Below are positions 47,257 to 57,864 of a DNA stretch of 64,000 nt, one piece after another (the first letter of the stretch is position 1; each line of letters opens with the position of its first letter). The stretch lies in assembly GCA_003009755.1 (NCBI GenBank), contig PXUB01000042.1, positions 730-64,729 on the forward strand, written 5' to 3'. This DNA comes from Thermoplasmatales archaeon SW_10_69_26. GTDB taxonomy: Archaea > Thermoplasmatota > SW-10-69-26. The position numbers and the translations under genes are program-made. The notes under the pieces are model-generated. The model did no database searches and was not told the DNA's origin. It saw only the letters and a list, made by a program, of their open reading frames with translations.

Positions 47257-48167
47257 GCCGTCGCCTTGGCTGCGAACCCGTTTTGACCGCTGCGCAGGAT
47301 CTCGACGTACTCCTCGATGTGCGGGCCGCGGTTCTTGAACCGCTGGATGACCTCGTCCCAGTCGGGGTCGTAGCCGATGTACCATCCGCCGCGCTCGTCC
47401 TCGTCGGCGTGGGCGTCGACCTCGAGACCCAGGTCCTCGAGCTTCGGGATGACCTGGTCGTACCACTCGTACCGCATCTCGTCGTTCGTCATCGAGCGCA
47501 GGCCGAAGTCGATGATGTCCTGCACGTGCGTGGACTGGCGGTTCTCGGGCCCGAACCACTCGACGCCGTGGGGCCACATGCGGTCGACGGCGTCCTGCAG
47601 CATCTGCTTGGTCTTCTCGTTCCCGTTGGCCAGGCGCTTCATCCAGACGTCGCCGTGGCGTTGGTGGAACCGCTCCTCGACGTCGACCTTCTTCAGCGCT
47701 CGCCGCCAGGGACCATAGGAGCAGTGCTCGCTGATGTCGCCCAGCTGCACGGCGCCGGCCCGGTCGAAGAGGGCGTTGGCGACGGCCAGCTCGGCCCAGT
47801 TGTGGAGCCGGTAGTCGAAGAAGTGCATGTTCTTGTACTCGTGGGGCTCCCGCTCGTACACGAGCTCGTGCTTGTCCTCGCCCAGATCCTCGAGCAGCCG
47901 GTACATGATGTTGGCGTGCCCGGCCTCGTCCTGGACGATGGCCGAGGCCGAGATCCGCGTGTCCAGCGTGGGCGCCGTGTTGGCGACCGGCTGGTAGCAC
48001 AGGACGGACATGAGCTCGGTGTCGGCCTGGACCAGCATGAGCCGTTTCAGCGACTCGAGGTAGCCGGGGCTCATCTCCTCGACGGACTCGATCGTCTCCC
48101 CGTTGGCGACGGCGGTCTTGACCTCCTCGTCGCTGCGCTGGGGCTTGGGCGGCTCCTCGGCCATCAT
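47253..48167 (-). CDS. PaaA/PaaC-family ferritin-like diiron oxygenase subunit
   Basis: QADTE, QDEAGH, SYGPW, EERFH, QDAVDRMWP. Confidence 0.82.
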   Translation of the reverse strand: MMAEEPPKPQRSDEEVKTAVANGETIESVEEMSPGYLESLKRLMLVQADTELMSVLCYQPVANTAPTLDTRISASAIVQDEAGHANIMYRLLEDLGEDKHELVYEREPHEYKNMHFFDYRLHNWAELAVANALFDRAGAVQLGDISEHCSYGPWRRALKKVDVEERFHQRHGDVWMKRLANGNEKTKQMLQDAVDRMWPHGVEWFGPENRQSTHVQDIIDFGLRSMTNDEMRYEWYDQVIPKLEDLGLEVDAHADEDERGGWYIGYDPDWDEVIQRFKNRGPHIEEYVEILRSGQNGFAAKATA

Positions 48168-48202
48168 GAGACTATTGCACGTCCCAGAGAAAAGGGTTGT
48201 CG

Positions 48203-48649
48203 TCAACGGCCGCCGGTGTCGGGGAGCCGAGAGGCGCGTGCTTCCTCGATGAGGTCCTCGATGCTGGGCTTGGCCGCCTGCTCGTCCCCCGATCGGGTCG
48301 CCTCGGGGGGACCCTCGCGGTCGGCGGGCCGTCTGTCCGCCGCGACGGGCTCGGCGGTCAGCTCGAGCCTGCGCGCGAGCAGACCTGTGCCCAGCCCGGG
48401 CCCGCGTTGCACCTCGAACCCGAGCACGCGCTGGTGGCAGATCGTCCAACAGAACCGCTGCAAGGGCAACCGCACCAGCTCGCCGCTGTCCTCGTAGGTC
48501 GGCCCCTCGCGGTCGAGGGGGTCGGCGTCGCTGGCGGTCCCGCCGAGGTCGATCTCGCAGGTCCCCATCGTCAACCAGTCCAGCGACCGCACCTGGCCAG
48601 AGAAGAACAGACCCCCCCATGTGGCAGCGATCTCGACGGGGGCACTCAC
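48203..48649 (-). CDS. Hypothetical protein (possible PH-like fold)
   Basis: 148 aa from GTG 48649; host-like codon usage. Confidence 0.5.
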   Translation of the reverse strand: MSAPVEIAATWGGLFFSGQVRSLDWLTMGTCEIDLGGTASDADPLDREGPTYEDSGELVRLPLQRFCWTICHQRVLGFEVQRGPGLGTGLLARRLELTAEPVAADRRPADREGPPEATRSGDEQAAKPSIEDLIEEARASRLPDTGGR

Positions 48650-48803
48650 GCCGGCCAGGCCCTCACGCGGGCGCACGAGCCGGTGTCCACCGCGCGGTGG
48701 GCCGTGAGACTTCGCGTTGGGGACCGTTGGTCCTGTTCGCCTCCGACCCGAGGCCACGAGGCGACGGTGAGGCTTATGAACACCGGTCGGCTTGGCCTGC
48801 CCG

Positions 48804-49082
48804 ATGCCCGAGCGACACGAGGTCCGTTTCGAGAACGAGGACCTCACGATCGAGGTCGCCGAGGACGAGTACGTCCTGTCGAAGGCCGAGGAGGCCGGCC
48901 TCGACCTCCCCTACTCGTGCCGGATGGGCACCTGCTCGGTGTGCGCCGCCCGCGTCGAGGGCGATGTCGACCAGAGCGAGGGCATGATCCTCACCGAGGG
49001 CGAGAAGGAGGACGGCTACGTGCTGCTGTGCATCGCCGAGCCGCGCAGCGAGCTGTCGGTCGACACCGACGACGTGCCCTGA
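48804..49082 (+). CDS. fdx: Plant-type [2Fe-2S] ferredoxin
   Basis: LPYSCRMGTCSVC...VLLC. Confidence 0.92.
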   Translation: MPERHEVRFENEDLTIEVAEDEYVLSKAEEAGLDLPYSCRMGTCSVCAARVEGDVDQSEGMILTEGEKEDGYVLLCIAEPRSELSVDTDDVP

Positions 49083-49089
49083 GGGCCAC

Positions 49090-49368
49090 TCAGCCGACGA
49101 CGCCAGTCGCGGCGACCAGGTAGACGACGTCGAACACGGCGCCGATCGTCCATCCCCAGCGCTGGCGCGACCTGATGCCGACCGCGCCCACGATCATCAT
49201 CGCGCCCGCTGTCAGAGAGAACCCACGCCCGAGGGCAGCCCCGGCCTCGGTGGGCGCGAACATCGCGACCAGCCCGACCAGCCCCTGAAGGAAGGCGAAA
49301 AGGTTCGTGACGAGCAACCGCGGCTCGTCGCTCTCCTCCGCCGTGGTCCCGTGCGTCTTCGTCGCCAT
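49090..49368 (-). CDS. Small membrane protein
   Basis: 92 aa, three hydrophobic segments. Confidence 0.6.
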   Translation of the reverse strand: MATKTHGTTAEESDEPRLLVTNLFAFLQGLVGLVAMFAPTEAGAALGRGFSLTAGAMMIVGAVGIRSRQRWGWTIGAVFDVVYLVAATGVVG

Positions 49369-49427
49369 CGCTGGCGGATGCGCAACCGGGCCCTTCAAGC
49401 CCCGTCTTCCTCGCTGGGTCCGACCGC

Positions 49428-49748
49428 TCACACCGTGACGCCGGCGGTCCGCAGGACGTCGCGGGCCTCCTCGCTCATGCGGTCGGTCGTCCAGGGCGGA
49501 TCCCAGACGGTGTTGATCGTGACGCTGCCGACGCCGTCGACGGCCGCCACCGCTTCGCGCACGTCGTGTTTGAGGAAGTCCATCGCCGGGCACCCCATCG
49601 CGGTGAACGTCATGTCGATCTCGACCTGGGCCGGCTCGGCCTCGGAGACCTCGATCGCGTAAATCAGGCCCATGTCGACGATCGACACCGGCAGCTCGGG
49701 GTCGTCCACCTGCTTGAGGGCGTCCCGCACGGTCGACTCGTCGACCAC
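49428..49748 (-). CDS. DUF59/PaaD/SufT metal-sulfur cluster assembly factor
   Basis: DPEL.VSIVDMGLIY, T..GCP, WDPPWT. Confidence 0.9.
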   Translation of the reverse strand: MVDESTVRDALKQVDDPELPVSIVDMGLIYAIEVSEAEPAQVEIDMTFTAMGCPAMDFLKHDVREAVAAVDGVGSVTINTVWDPPWTTDRMSEEARDVLRTAGVTV

Positions 49749-49809
49749 ACGTATGCAGACGCGGACCCCATAGAAGGGGCTTTCGCCGGTTCCCCTACGC
49801 GGCCGAGCC

Positions 49810-50415
49810 TCAGCCCTCGTCCCCGTCGTCGAGCTTCGACAGGAAGTACCGGTGAACCCGGGGATCTGGGCTGAGCTCCGGGTGGAAGCTCAACGCGAGC
49901 ACGCTGCCCTGCTCGACGCCGACGATCGATCCATCGTCCAGGCGGGCCCACGGCTCGGCTCGGCCCCACGTGTCGGCGAAGGCGGGAGCGCGGATGAACA
50001 CCGCCGGGAACGGCTCCCCACCCAGTGCAGGGCAGGCGAGCTCGGTCTCGAAGCTCTCGCGCTGCCGCCCGAACGCGTTGCGTTCGATCGAGGCATCCAG
50101 TGCGCCCAACAGCTCGGTGTCGGTGGTCTCGACCTCCTCGTCGCCCTCGCTGGCGAGCAGGATGGCGCCCGCGCAGGTCGCCATCGTCGGCGCTCCCTCC
50201 GCGATGCGCCGAGCCAACGGCTCCCGCAGGTCCCCGGCGTCGAGCAGCTTCTCGATCGTCGTCGATTCGCCGCCGGGCAACACGAACCCGTCCACGTCCG
50301 CCAGCTGCTCGCGGCGACGGACCTGCACGACCTCACCATCGCTCACGAGACGATCGAGCACGCGCTCGTGCTCCTCGAAGGCACCTTGCACGGCCAGGAC
50401 GCCGATCCGGACCAC
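49810..50415 (-). CDS. pdxT: PLP synthase glutaminase subunit
   Basis: GVLAVQGAF.EH, PGGEST, TCAG, RNAFGRQ, FIRAP, FHPE. Confidence 0.95.
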   Translation of the reverse strand: MVRIGVLAVQGAFEEHERVLDRLVSDGEVVQVRRREQLADVDGFVLPGGESTTIEKLLDAGDLREPLARRIAEGAPTMATCAGAILLASEGDEEVETTDTELLGALDASIERNAFGRQRESFETELACPALGGEPFPAVFIRAPAFADTWGRAEPWARLDDGSIVGVEQGSVLALSFHPELSPDPRVHRYFLSKLDDGDEG

Positions 50416-50535
50416 GCCCCTGCACCCCGAGAGGCCGGGAAAAGCCTTGCGCGGGCTCCCCCTAGGCCGGTCTTACCCCACGCCGGTGACAGACACGGTT
50501 TGACAAGCCACCAAGCGGACTTACCCCTTGGCGCC

Positions 50536-51129
50536 ATGCGTAGGCTCTTCATCCTGTTCCTCGCCCTCGGGTTGATCGCCGGCGTGCCCACAGCGGCCGC
50601 CGACGGACTGACCTCCGATTGCGAGACCTTCCGCGCCGCCTCGATCCCCATCCTGCATCCGGCGTTGAACGCCGGCACCGTGCAGTTGTGCGACGAGGAC
50701 GACGATGGCGCCTTCGACACCGTCGCCTTCGAGACCCGGTACGTCCAGACCGAGGGCGTCGTCTCCGTGACCGACGAGGACAAGCAACGCCGCGACGGGC
50801 AAGACCGCGACACGAGGGCGCGGACGCTGATCGAGCCCAGCGTGCCCGGCGAGGCCGTCCTCTATCAGGACGTCCAAGCCAGCGACGACGGCAACGACGC
50901 CCAGTTCGACCGGACCGAGGCCGAGGGCGGCGTCAACACGCACCTGGGCGGACCCGGCTATTTCCTGTCCGCCAGCGACGACAACGGCAACGGTGTCCCG
51001 CAAAGCTACACCGTCCTCGTCTGCCCGGCGATCGCTTGCGTGGGACCCTCCGACGTCCCCCAGATCCCCGGCCGCATCGACCTGCCCGACACGATCGTCG
51101 ACCTGCCGGTCGTCGGGTACGTCCCCTGA
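50536..51129 (+). CDS. Secreted acidic protein
   Basis: Signal peptide; DEDDDG and DDNGNG motifs; 4 Cys. Confidence 0.7.
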   Translation: MRRLFILFLALGLIAGVPTAAADGLTSDCETFRAASIPILHPALNAGTVQLCDEDDDGAFDTVAFETRYVQTEGVVSVTDEDKQRRDGQDRDTRARTLIEPSVPGEAVLYQDVQASDDGNDAQFDRTEAEGGVNTHLGGPGYFLSASDDNGNGVPQSYTVLVCPAIACVGPSDVPQIPGRIDLPDTIVDLPVVGYVP

Positions 51130-51173
51130 TCGCCCGGGACACGTTCAAGGGGCCGTCCGGCGTTCGGGCCGCC

Positions 51174-51764
51174 ATGACCGTGACGCCGTCGCAGATGCTG
51201 CCGCTCGGCACACGCGCCCCCGACTTCTCGCTGCCCGACGAGAACCCGCTCACCGACGAGGGCACCGTGACGTTGAAGCACCACAGCGACCGGCCCGCGG
51301 TCCTCGTGGCCTTCCTCTGCAACCACTGTCCCTACGTCAAGCACATCGTCGACACCTTCGCCGAGAAGGCTAAAGAATACCAAGACCGAGGCGTGGGCGT
51401 GGTCGCCATCTCCAGCAACGATCCCGAGGAGTACCCCGACGACGCTCCCGACCAGATGGCCGACCTCGCCGAAGGGAAGGGCTTCACCTTCCCCTACTGC
51501 TTCGACGAGACCCAGGAGGTCGCCCAAGCCTACCGGGCCGCCTGCACCCCCGACTTCTTCCTCTTCGACGGGGATCTCGAGCTGTTCTACCGCGGCCAGT
51601 TCGACGGCAGCCGACCCGGCAACGACGAGCCCGTCACCGGCGAGGATCTGACCGAGGCCGTCGATCGTGTCCTCGCCGGCGAGGACCGACCCGAGGACCA
51701 GACCCCCAGCCAGGGCTGCAACATCAAGTGGAGATCCGGGAACGAGCCCGAGTACTTCGCCTAA
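51174..51764 (+). CDS. Thioredoxin-like AhpC/TSA family protein
   Basis: CNHCPYV, ACTPDFF, YRGQFD, GCNIKW. Confidence 0.9.
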   Translation: MTVTPSQMLPLGTRAPDFSLPDENPLTDEGTVTLKHHSDRPAVLVAFLCNHCPYVKHIVDTFAEKAKEYQDRGVGVVAISSNDPEEYPDDAPDQMADLAEGKGFTFPYCFDETQEVAQAYRAACTPDFFLFDGDLELFYRGQFDGSRPGNDEPVTGEDLTEAVDRVLAGEDRPEDQTPSQGCNIKWRSGNEPEYFA

Positions 51765-51823
51765 CGGCTCGTTCCGGACCCCTCACCGGGCTTCAAAGGC
51801 CAACGGCTCGTCACCCAAACCAG

Positions 51824-52691
51824 ATGCTGAGGGCCAGGGACGTCTCGAAGGCCTACCGGGGGGTCGAGGTCGTCGACGACGTCGACATCCACCTCGAACC
51901 GGGCCGCATCGTCGGGCTCGTGGGCGCCAACGGGGTCCAAGACGACCACGATCAAGATGCTGGCCGGGCTCGTCGAGCCGACCAGCGGCTCCGTCGAGCT
52001 CGAAGGCCAAGCCACCGTGACGCCCTGGGCACGAGGGCGCATCGGGCTGCTCACGGAGGCCTCGGCCCTCTACGAAGAGCACACCCCACGCGGGTACCTG
52101 GCCTTCTTCGCCGATCTCTACGACGTTCCCGACGACGTGGCCCGCCAACGCAGCGACCGCGTCCTCGATCGCCTGAGCCTGTCCGCGGAGGCCCGCAGCC
52201 AGCGCATCGGCACGATGAGCAAGGGCATGCGGCGCAAGGTCGCCCTCGCCCGCACCCTGCTCCACGACCCGCCGGTCCTGTTGCTCGACGAGCCGACCAG
52301 CGGCCTGGACCCCGTCACCGCGCGCGAGCTCGAGGACTTCGTCCGGGAGCTGCGCGACGACGACAAAGCCGTGCTGCTCAGCGCCCACGATCTGGCCCAG
52401 GTCGAAGCCCTGTGCGACGAGGTGCTCGTCATGCACGAGGGCCGGGTCCAGCTGCGCGGCTCCGTGCCCGAGCTGCGCGAGGCGGCCGGCGCCAAGCGCT
52501 ACACGATCCGCGCCACGAGCCCGTTCGGTGGCAGCTCGGCCCGCGGGGGCGCCCACGAGGCCACCGTCGAGGCCTGGCCCAAGGTCGAGGACGCCATCGA
52601 CGAGGTGCGCGCCGACGGAGGCGAGGTGCTCGAGGTCGAGTCCGCGCTGCCCGGGCTCGACCAGGTGCTGCGGAACCTCGCGGAGGCCTGA
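51824..52691 (+). pseudogene. ABC transporter ATP-binding protein, frameshifted in Walker A
   Basis: GLVGANG then KTTTIKML in another frame (~51935); MSKGM and LLLDEPTSGLD intact. Confidence 0.85.
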
Positions 52692-52695
52692 AGCG

Positions 52696-54011
52696 TTGGC
52701 GGACGCGCTGGACGTCGCCCGGCAGGAGATCGCCCGCTACCAGCGCCTCACCGACCGACGCCTCCTCGTCGCGATCGTCGTCCTCGGCGCGCTTGTCGGC
52801 GGCATCTGGCCCGTCGCCCAGGATCGCGGGGTCCACCCCGACCAGGGGTTGTACGCGGTCTAAACCGAGGAGGGCTCGCCCGTGGCCGCCGTCGTCGACA
52901 GCGATCCCTCCCTGGTGCACGCCGGCGAGGATCGAGCCCCGGACGTCATCGTCTCCGGGAACCGCATCGTCTGGAGCCCGGACAGCGACCGATCGGAGGC
53001 CGCCGCCGACCGGCTCGAGACCGCCGCCCAGGTCTATAGGGACGAGGCCATGCTCGACGAGGAGGATCAGGCCGCGGCCTTCCCCCCCCGGCGCCGTCGG
53101 GGTCGCCCCCGAGATGAAGGTCGCCTACACCGGCAACGGCACCTTCGACGAGACCCTGCAGGCCAGCGGCCACCTCGCACCGGTCGAGATGGACACCGAC
53201 GAGGCCTTCCAGGCGTTCCGCGATGGCCGGGTCTCCGGCGTCGTCCACGAGCACGATCCCGGGCCCGATCCCCCACGCGTCGTCTCGGCCACGGTACCGG
53301 AAGGCGAGATCGTCTCCTCGTTGCTCGTCACCGAGCTGAAAACCTCGCTCGAGGACTACGAGCGCCAGCTGCGCGAGGACAACGCCGACCGCCTGGAGCA
53401 CCCGATCATCACGTACGCCGAGTCCGAGGCCCAGCCCAACGTCGCGTTCACGTTCGCCTACAGCGTCCTGATCCCGCTCCTCGTCGCGACGCCCGTCTTC
53501 GGCGGGAGCGATCACCGCCGACTCGCTCAGCGACGAGATCAACGAGAACACGCTCCCGCTGCTGCAGGCCAGCCCGCTCACCAGCACCGAGATCGTGCTC
53601 GGCAAGCTCGCCGCGCCCGTGCTGCTCGTGCCCGCGCAGGTGGCCGCCTGGGTCCTGCTGTTGCCGGTCAACGGGCTGCCGGTCGCCCGGCTGGACGTCG
53701 TCCTCCTGACGGCGACCGTGCTGGGCGCCCTGCTGTCCGGGTGCGGCACGCTCGTGGCCGCCTTCACCCAGCGCGAGGGCCCCACGCAGGCCGTCTACAC
53801 GGTGCTCGTGCTCGGCTTGGGGTTGGCCAGCCTGCTGGCGCCCCAGGACCCGGCCAACCTGATCGCGCGCGCCAGCGTCGGCACGCTCTCGGCGGCCAGC
53901 TGGGTCACGGTTGGGGCCTACGCGGCCCTGGCGGCTGTCGTCCTCGCTGGCGCTGTGCTCGTGGTGCGGTCCCGGCTCCGGGCCGACCAGCTTCGACCCG
54001 GAGCCGGATGA
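52696..54011 (+). pseudogene. Disrupted ABC-2 permease gene(s)
   Basis: In-frame TAA at 52861, frame changes near 53090 and 53508; LLQASPL...IVLGK permease motif. Confidence 0.7.
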
Positions 54012-54024
54012 GGACGGGCCTCGG

Positions 54025-56277
54025 TCACCAGCGCTGCCGTCGCAGAGCGGTCAACGCGGCCGCCAGGGCCGAGAGGACCGCCAGGATGCCGAAGCCCGGG
54101 ACCGGCATCGGCCCGTCGTCGGCGTCGGTGCTCGCGGCGTCGAGCTCCTCGCCGTCGGCGCTGTTCTCGCCGGTGATCGGGCTCGGGTCCGTCGTGTTCT
54201 CGCGCGGGCTCCGGTCGACCGACATCTGCCAGTCGAGCGCGTTGCGGACGATCTGGTTGCCCGTGTACGTCGTAGCGTAGTCGGCGAGCCCGTAGGGATG
54301 GTAGTACGCCTCGCTGGGGTTGGGCAAAAGCGCCCCCACGAAGCTGATCTCGCCCTCGCCCTTCGTGACCTGGCCGAGGTTGACCTGATCCTCGTCGAGC
54401 TGGCCGACGGTCTCGCCGTCGGCGTCCTCGAGGTCCGAGCGGTCGACGAACCACGCCGGGGCGTTCTCGCCCTCCTCGAAGCCCAGCGGCATCGGCTCGA
54501 ACGTCTGCCGGGCGAGGCCGCGCACGCCGTCGGCGAGCTCGTGGTCGCGGTCCACGAAGTTCGTGTGACCGGCGTAGACGCTCGCCTCGTCGATCGCGCT
54601 CTCGGCGACGACGCCCAAGGGCGCCAGCAGGCGGAGCGCGCTGTCGGTCAACAGCAGGTTGCCGCCGTCCTCGACGAAAGTCTCGAGCGCGGCGACGGCG
54701 TCCTCGTTGCCGAGGATGCGTTCGGCCGCGCTGCCCGGGACGACGAGGTTGTCGACCCGGTCGAGGGAGCCGAAAGCCTCGGGGGCCAGCGGTTGAGCCG
54801 GGTTCGCCTCGCCGTCGTCGACGAGGTAGGGTTGCCGATCCTCGAAGTAGGCGTTGGGGGTGGCGTTGTAGCCGTCGTTCTCCCAGTCCCAGTTGTCGTC
54901 GGCGTCGTTGATCGACGCCCACCCGGTCAGCTCGTCGTTGTCCTCGCTCGTCGCGAGGTCCTCGGTCGGGACGTAGGCCGTCTCGGTGCCGTTGGTCTCG
55001 ATCTCGACATGGAACGTCTCGGCGGCGACGTCCATGAACGAGCCGACGATCGTGCGCGTCGTCTCGATGTGGTAGGCGTTCATCCGCTGCGAGACGCCGG
55101 GGTAGTAGTTGTCGAACGTGATATGGTTGTAGGCGAACTCGAAGTCGACGCCGGGCGCGTCGAGGCCGTCGTTCTGGGCGAAGAAGTCGCTGGAGAACCC
55201 GGAGTCGACGTACCCGATCGTGTCCCACACGGTGCCCCAGTCGTTGAACTCGCCGCCCCAGGCGCCGGCCTCGGGCGCGGCGTTCCACTCGGCGAAGCTC
55301 GGGTTGGCGTTCAGCCGCTGCTTGATGAGTTCGGCGAGCGCGGTCGTGACCTTGACCTCGGCCGGCTCCATCTGCGCGGCGGGCAGCATCGTCAACACGA
55401 AGTTGCCCTCACGCAGGCAGACCTCGCCCTCGCCGGCGACGTTGGGCGGGTTCACGCACTGCACCTCGCGGCTGGAGTCGATCAACGCGTTGGCCGGGTA
55501 GAGCATGCCGTGCAGGTCGCTGGCGAGGTGGATGTCCGTGAAGTTCGTCGTCAGCCACGTCCAGAACGCCCGCGTCTCCGGCTCCTTGAGCGCGGCGTGC
55601 GAGAGCTCGGTCGTGTTGCCGCGGCTCCAGCCGGTCGTCGGGGCCTGGCGGTTGAGGTCGGTCCCGTTGCCGTTGCCGCGAACGTAGTTCTGCGTCTCGA
55701 CGCCGGCGACGGAGAGGTACTCGGCGTCGTTTTGCCGGTACTCCGCCTGCTCGTGAGTCCAACCGTCGGGGTTGGGGAATAGGAAGATCAACCGCGTGTA
55801 GTCCAGCATGGCGAGCCGGTCCTCGGTCGCCACGCCGGTGTCCGTCTCGTCGTTGGTGGCCTTGGCGAAGTCCTCGATGACGCGGAGACCCCCCTCGCGG
55901 CCACCCTTCTCGTTGCCGTGGATCGAGAGCATGAACAGGACGTTCAGCTTCTCGTCCTCGGGCACGGTCGACGCCTCGTTCGTGACCGTGACGGCGAACG
56001 TCGGGAACGTGTCGTGACCGCCGGCTGCGTTGTCCCAGCCGTAGGATGGCCCGATCTCGTGGTAGGTCACGAGGTCGGGGTTCTCCTCCTCGAGGGTCTC
56101 GAGCCCGTCGAGCGCGTCCTCCAGGGACGCGAAGTCGTTCGTCTCCATCGCCTCCGGGAACAGCCGTCCCGTGACCGTGCGGGCCTCCTCCCCGAACAGG
56201 CCGGGGGTCGGGAGGGCCGAGGCCATCGGCGTCGTGATCATCACCGCCGCCAGCAGGATCGCTCCAACCCGTCGCAT
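54025..56277 (-). CDS. M14-family zinc carboxypeptidase with PGF-CTERM anchor
   Basis: IHGNE, NPDG, RGNGNGTDLNR, DLHG; tail VPGFG-hydrophobic-RRQRW. Confidence 0.88.
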   Translation of the reverse strand: MRRVGAILLAAVMITTPMASALPTPGLFGEEARTVTGRLFPEAMETNDFASLEDALDGLETLEEENPDLVTYHEIGPSYGWDNAAGGHDTFPTFAVTVTNEASTVPEDEKLNVLFMLSIHGNEKGGREGGLRVIEDFAKATNDETDTGVATEDRLAMLDYTRLIFLFPNPDGWTHEQAEYRQNDAEYLSVAGVETQNYVRGNGNGTDLNRQAPTTGWSRGNTTELSHAALKEPETRAFWTWLTTNFTDIHLASDLHGMLYPANALIDSSREVQCVNPPNVAGEGEVCLREGNFVLTMLPAAQMEPAEVKVTTALAELIKQRLNANPSFAEWNAAPEAGAWGGEFNDWGTVWDTIGYVDSGFSSDFFAQNDGLDAPGVDFEFAYNHITFDNYYPGVSQRMNAYHIETTRTIVGSFMDVAAETFHVEIETNGTETAYVPTEDLATSEDNDELTGWASINDADDNWDWENDGYNATPNAYFEDRQPYLVDDGEANPAQPLAPEAFGSLDRVDNLVVPGSAAERILGNEDAVAALETFVEDGGNLLLTDSALRLLAPLGVVAESAIDEASVYAGHTNFVDRDHELADGVRGLARQTFEPMPLGFEEGENAPAWFVDRSDLEDADGETVGQLDEDQVNLGQVTKGEGEISFVGALLPNPSEAYYHPYGLADYATTYTGNQIVRNALDWQMSVDRSPRENTTDPSPITGENSADGEELDAASTDADDGPMPVPGFGILAVLSALAAALTALRRQRW

Positions 56278-56394
56278 GCTCGCTCGCTACTCACCCTCCG
56301 GCTACTTAGGCGTTGTTGGTGAACGGACGGGCGCTTCACCCAGCCGTCCCCTCAGGCCGCAAACGTCGTAGGCCAGGTCCGACTAGGCCGACCG

Positions 56395-57105
56395 ATGCCC
56401 TTCGACACGAAGCAGGCCGCACGCGAGCGCGTCTGGTCCACGCTCGAGGACGAGGGCCTGGCCCGGTTCCCCTTCCCGCCCCAGGGACGGATCCCGAACT
56501 TCGCCGGAGCCCAGGATGCCGCCGCCCGGCTCGTCGACCAGCCGCTTTTGCGCGAGGCCGACCGCGTCAAGGTCAACCCCGACGCGCCCCAACGCTTCGT
56601 GCGCCAGGCCCTGCTCGAGGCCGGCACCAGGGTGTTCGTCCCGACCCCGCGCCTGCGGGGTGGGTTCAAGCGCTTGGACCCCGACGCGATCGCGGCCGAG
56701 GACCTGGCGGACGCAGCCAAGCTCTCGCAGATGGACGCCCACGCCGAACCGGTCGACCTCGACGAGCTGCCCGCCATGGACGCGATCGTCGCCGGCAGCG
56801 TCGCCGTCACCCGCGAGGGCCGCCGCGCGGGCAAGGGCGAGGGCTACACCGACCTCGAGTACGCGATCTTGCGCGAGCTCGGCCACCCGGACACGCCCGT
56901 CGCCACCACCGTCCACCCGGTCCAGATCGTCGACGGCCTACCGCGCGACGACACCGACGTCCCGCTGTCGCTCGTCGTCAGCCCCGAGGAGGCGATCCGT
57001 GTCGACGAGACGCCGCCCGCGCCGGAGGGCATCGATTGGACGAAGCTCGACGAGGACCGCATCGAGGAGATGCCCGTGCTCGCTGAGATGCGCCAGCGGT
57101 CGTGA
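56395..57105 (+). CDS. 5-formyltetrahydrofolate cyclo-ligase family (MTHFSD-like)
   Basis: GRIPNFAGA, KVNPDAPQ, PTPRL, GSVAV...GKGEGYTDLE. Confidence 0.9.
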   Translation: MPFDTKQAARERVWSTLEDEGLARFPFPPQGRIPNFAGAQDAAARLVDQPLLREADRVKVNPDAPQRFVRQALLEAGTRVFVPTPRLRGGFKRLDPDAIAAEDLADAAKLSQMDAHAEPVDLDELPAMDAIVAGSVAVTREGRRAGKGEGYTDLEYAILRELGHPDTPVATTVHPVQIVDGLPRDDTDVPLSLVVSPEEAIRVDETPPAPEGIDWTKLDEDRIEEMPVLAEMRQRS

Positions 57106-57231
57106 CGGGCGCAAAGCTAAGTCTGGCGAGCGGCGGTCCAGTGAGAAGGGACAAAGGGAAGGCCCAGGTCGATCCGAGGATCGACGTGGGCTAGGCGTCC
57201 TCGCGGACGCAGCCGGGGAAGGCGAGACCGG

Positions 57232-57357
57232 TCAGTAGGGGCTGTCGAGGCGCTCGACGTCGGTGGCGCGGAGGCCTCGGTCGCCCTCTTCGATCTCGAA
57301 CTCGAACTCGTCCCCTTCTTGGGGCTCACCGCCTTCGATGTCGTCCATGTGGAAGAA
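57232..57357 (-). pseudogene. Cold-shock protein 3'-half fragment
   Basis: FFHMDDIEGGEPQEGDEFEFEIEEGDRGLRATDVERLDSPY* with no 5' part. Confidence 0.8.
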
Positions 57358-57385
57358 TCGTGTGGGGTAGGACGATCGCTACAGG

Positions 57386-57604
57386 CTAGGTGCCTCCGCC
57401 ACCGCCGGTCTCGATCCGGTCCAGCTGTTTGGCCCGCAACCCGCGGGGGCCCTCCTCGATCTCGAACGCGAACTCCTCGCCCTGCTGGGGCTCGGGGCCG
57501 TCGATGTCCTCCAGGTGGGAGAAGGGATCATCGTCGGCGTCGGTCGTCTCGAGGAAGCCGTATCCTTTCCGGTCGTGGAAGAACGTGGCCTTCCCGCTCG
57601 GCAT
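57386..57604 (-). CDS. csp: Cold-shock domain protein (degenerate RNP2)
   Basis: KGYGFL RNP1; PFSH in place of VFFH. Confidence 0.75.
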   Translation of the reverse strand: MPSGKATFFHDRKGYGFLETTDADDDPFSHLEDIDGPEPQQGEEFAFEIEEGPRGLRAKQLDRIETGGGGGT

Positions 57605-57648
57605 GGTGGGGCTCCGTTGGAGCAACGATCGCCCGCCGTCAGGCGACC

Positions 57649-57818
57649 TCAGAAGCCTCCGCCGCTGTCGAGGCGGCTGATGTCGGTGGCGCGGAGGCCT
57701 CGGTCGCCCTCTTCGATCTCGAACTCGAACTCGTCCCCTTCTTGGGGCTCACCGCCTTCGATGTCGTCCATGTGGAAGAATTCCGGTCGTGGAAGAACGT
57801 GACTTTCCCGCTCGGCAT
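57649..57818 (-). pseudogene. Cold-shock protein with out-of-frame internal deletion
   Basis: MPSGKVTFFHDR joined directly to FFHMDD in another frame; RNP1 missing. Confidence 0.8.
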
Positions 57819-57864
57819 TGTCGAACCTCGCTGTGTTTGTCTCGGTATCGGAGATCGGTGAGGC

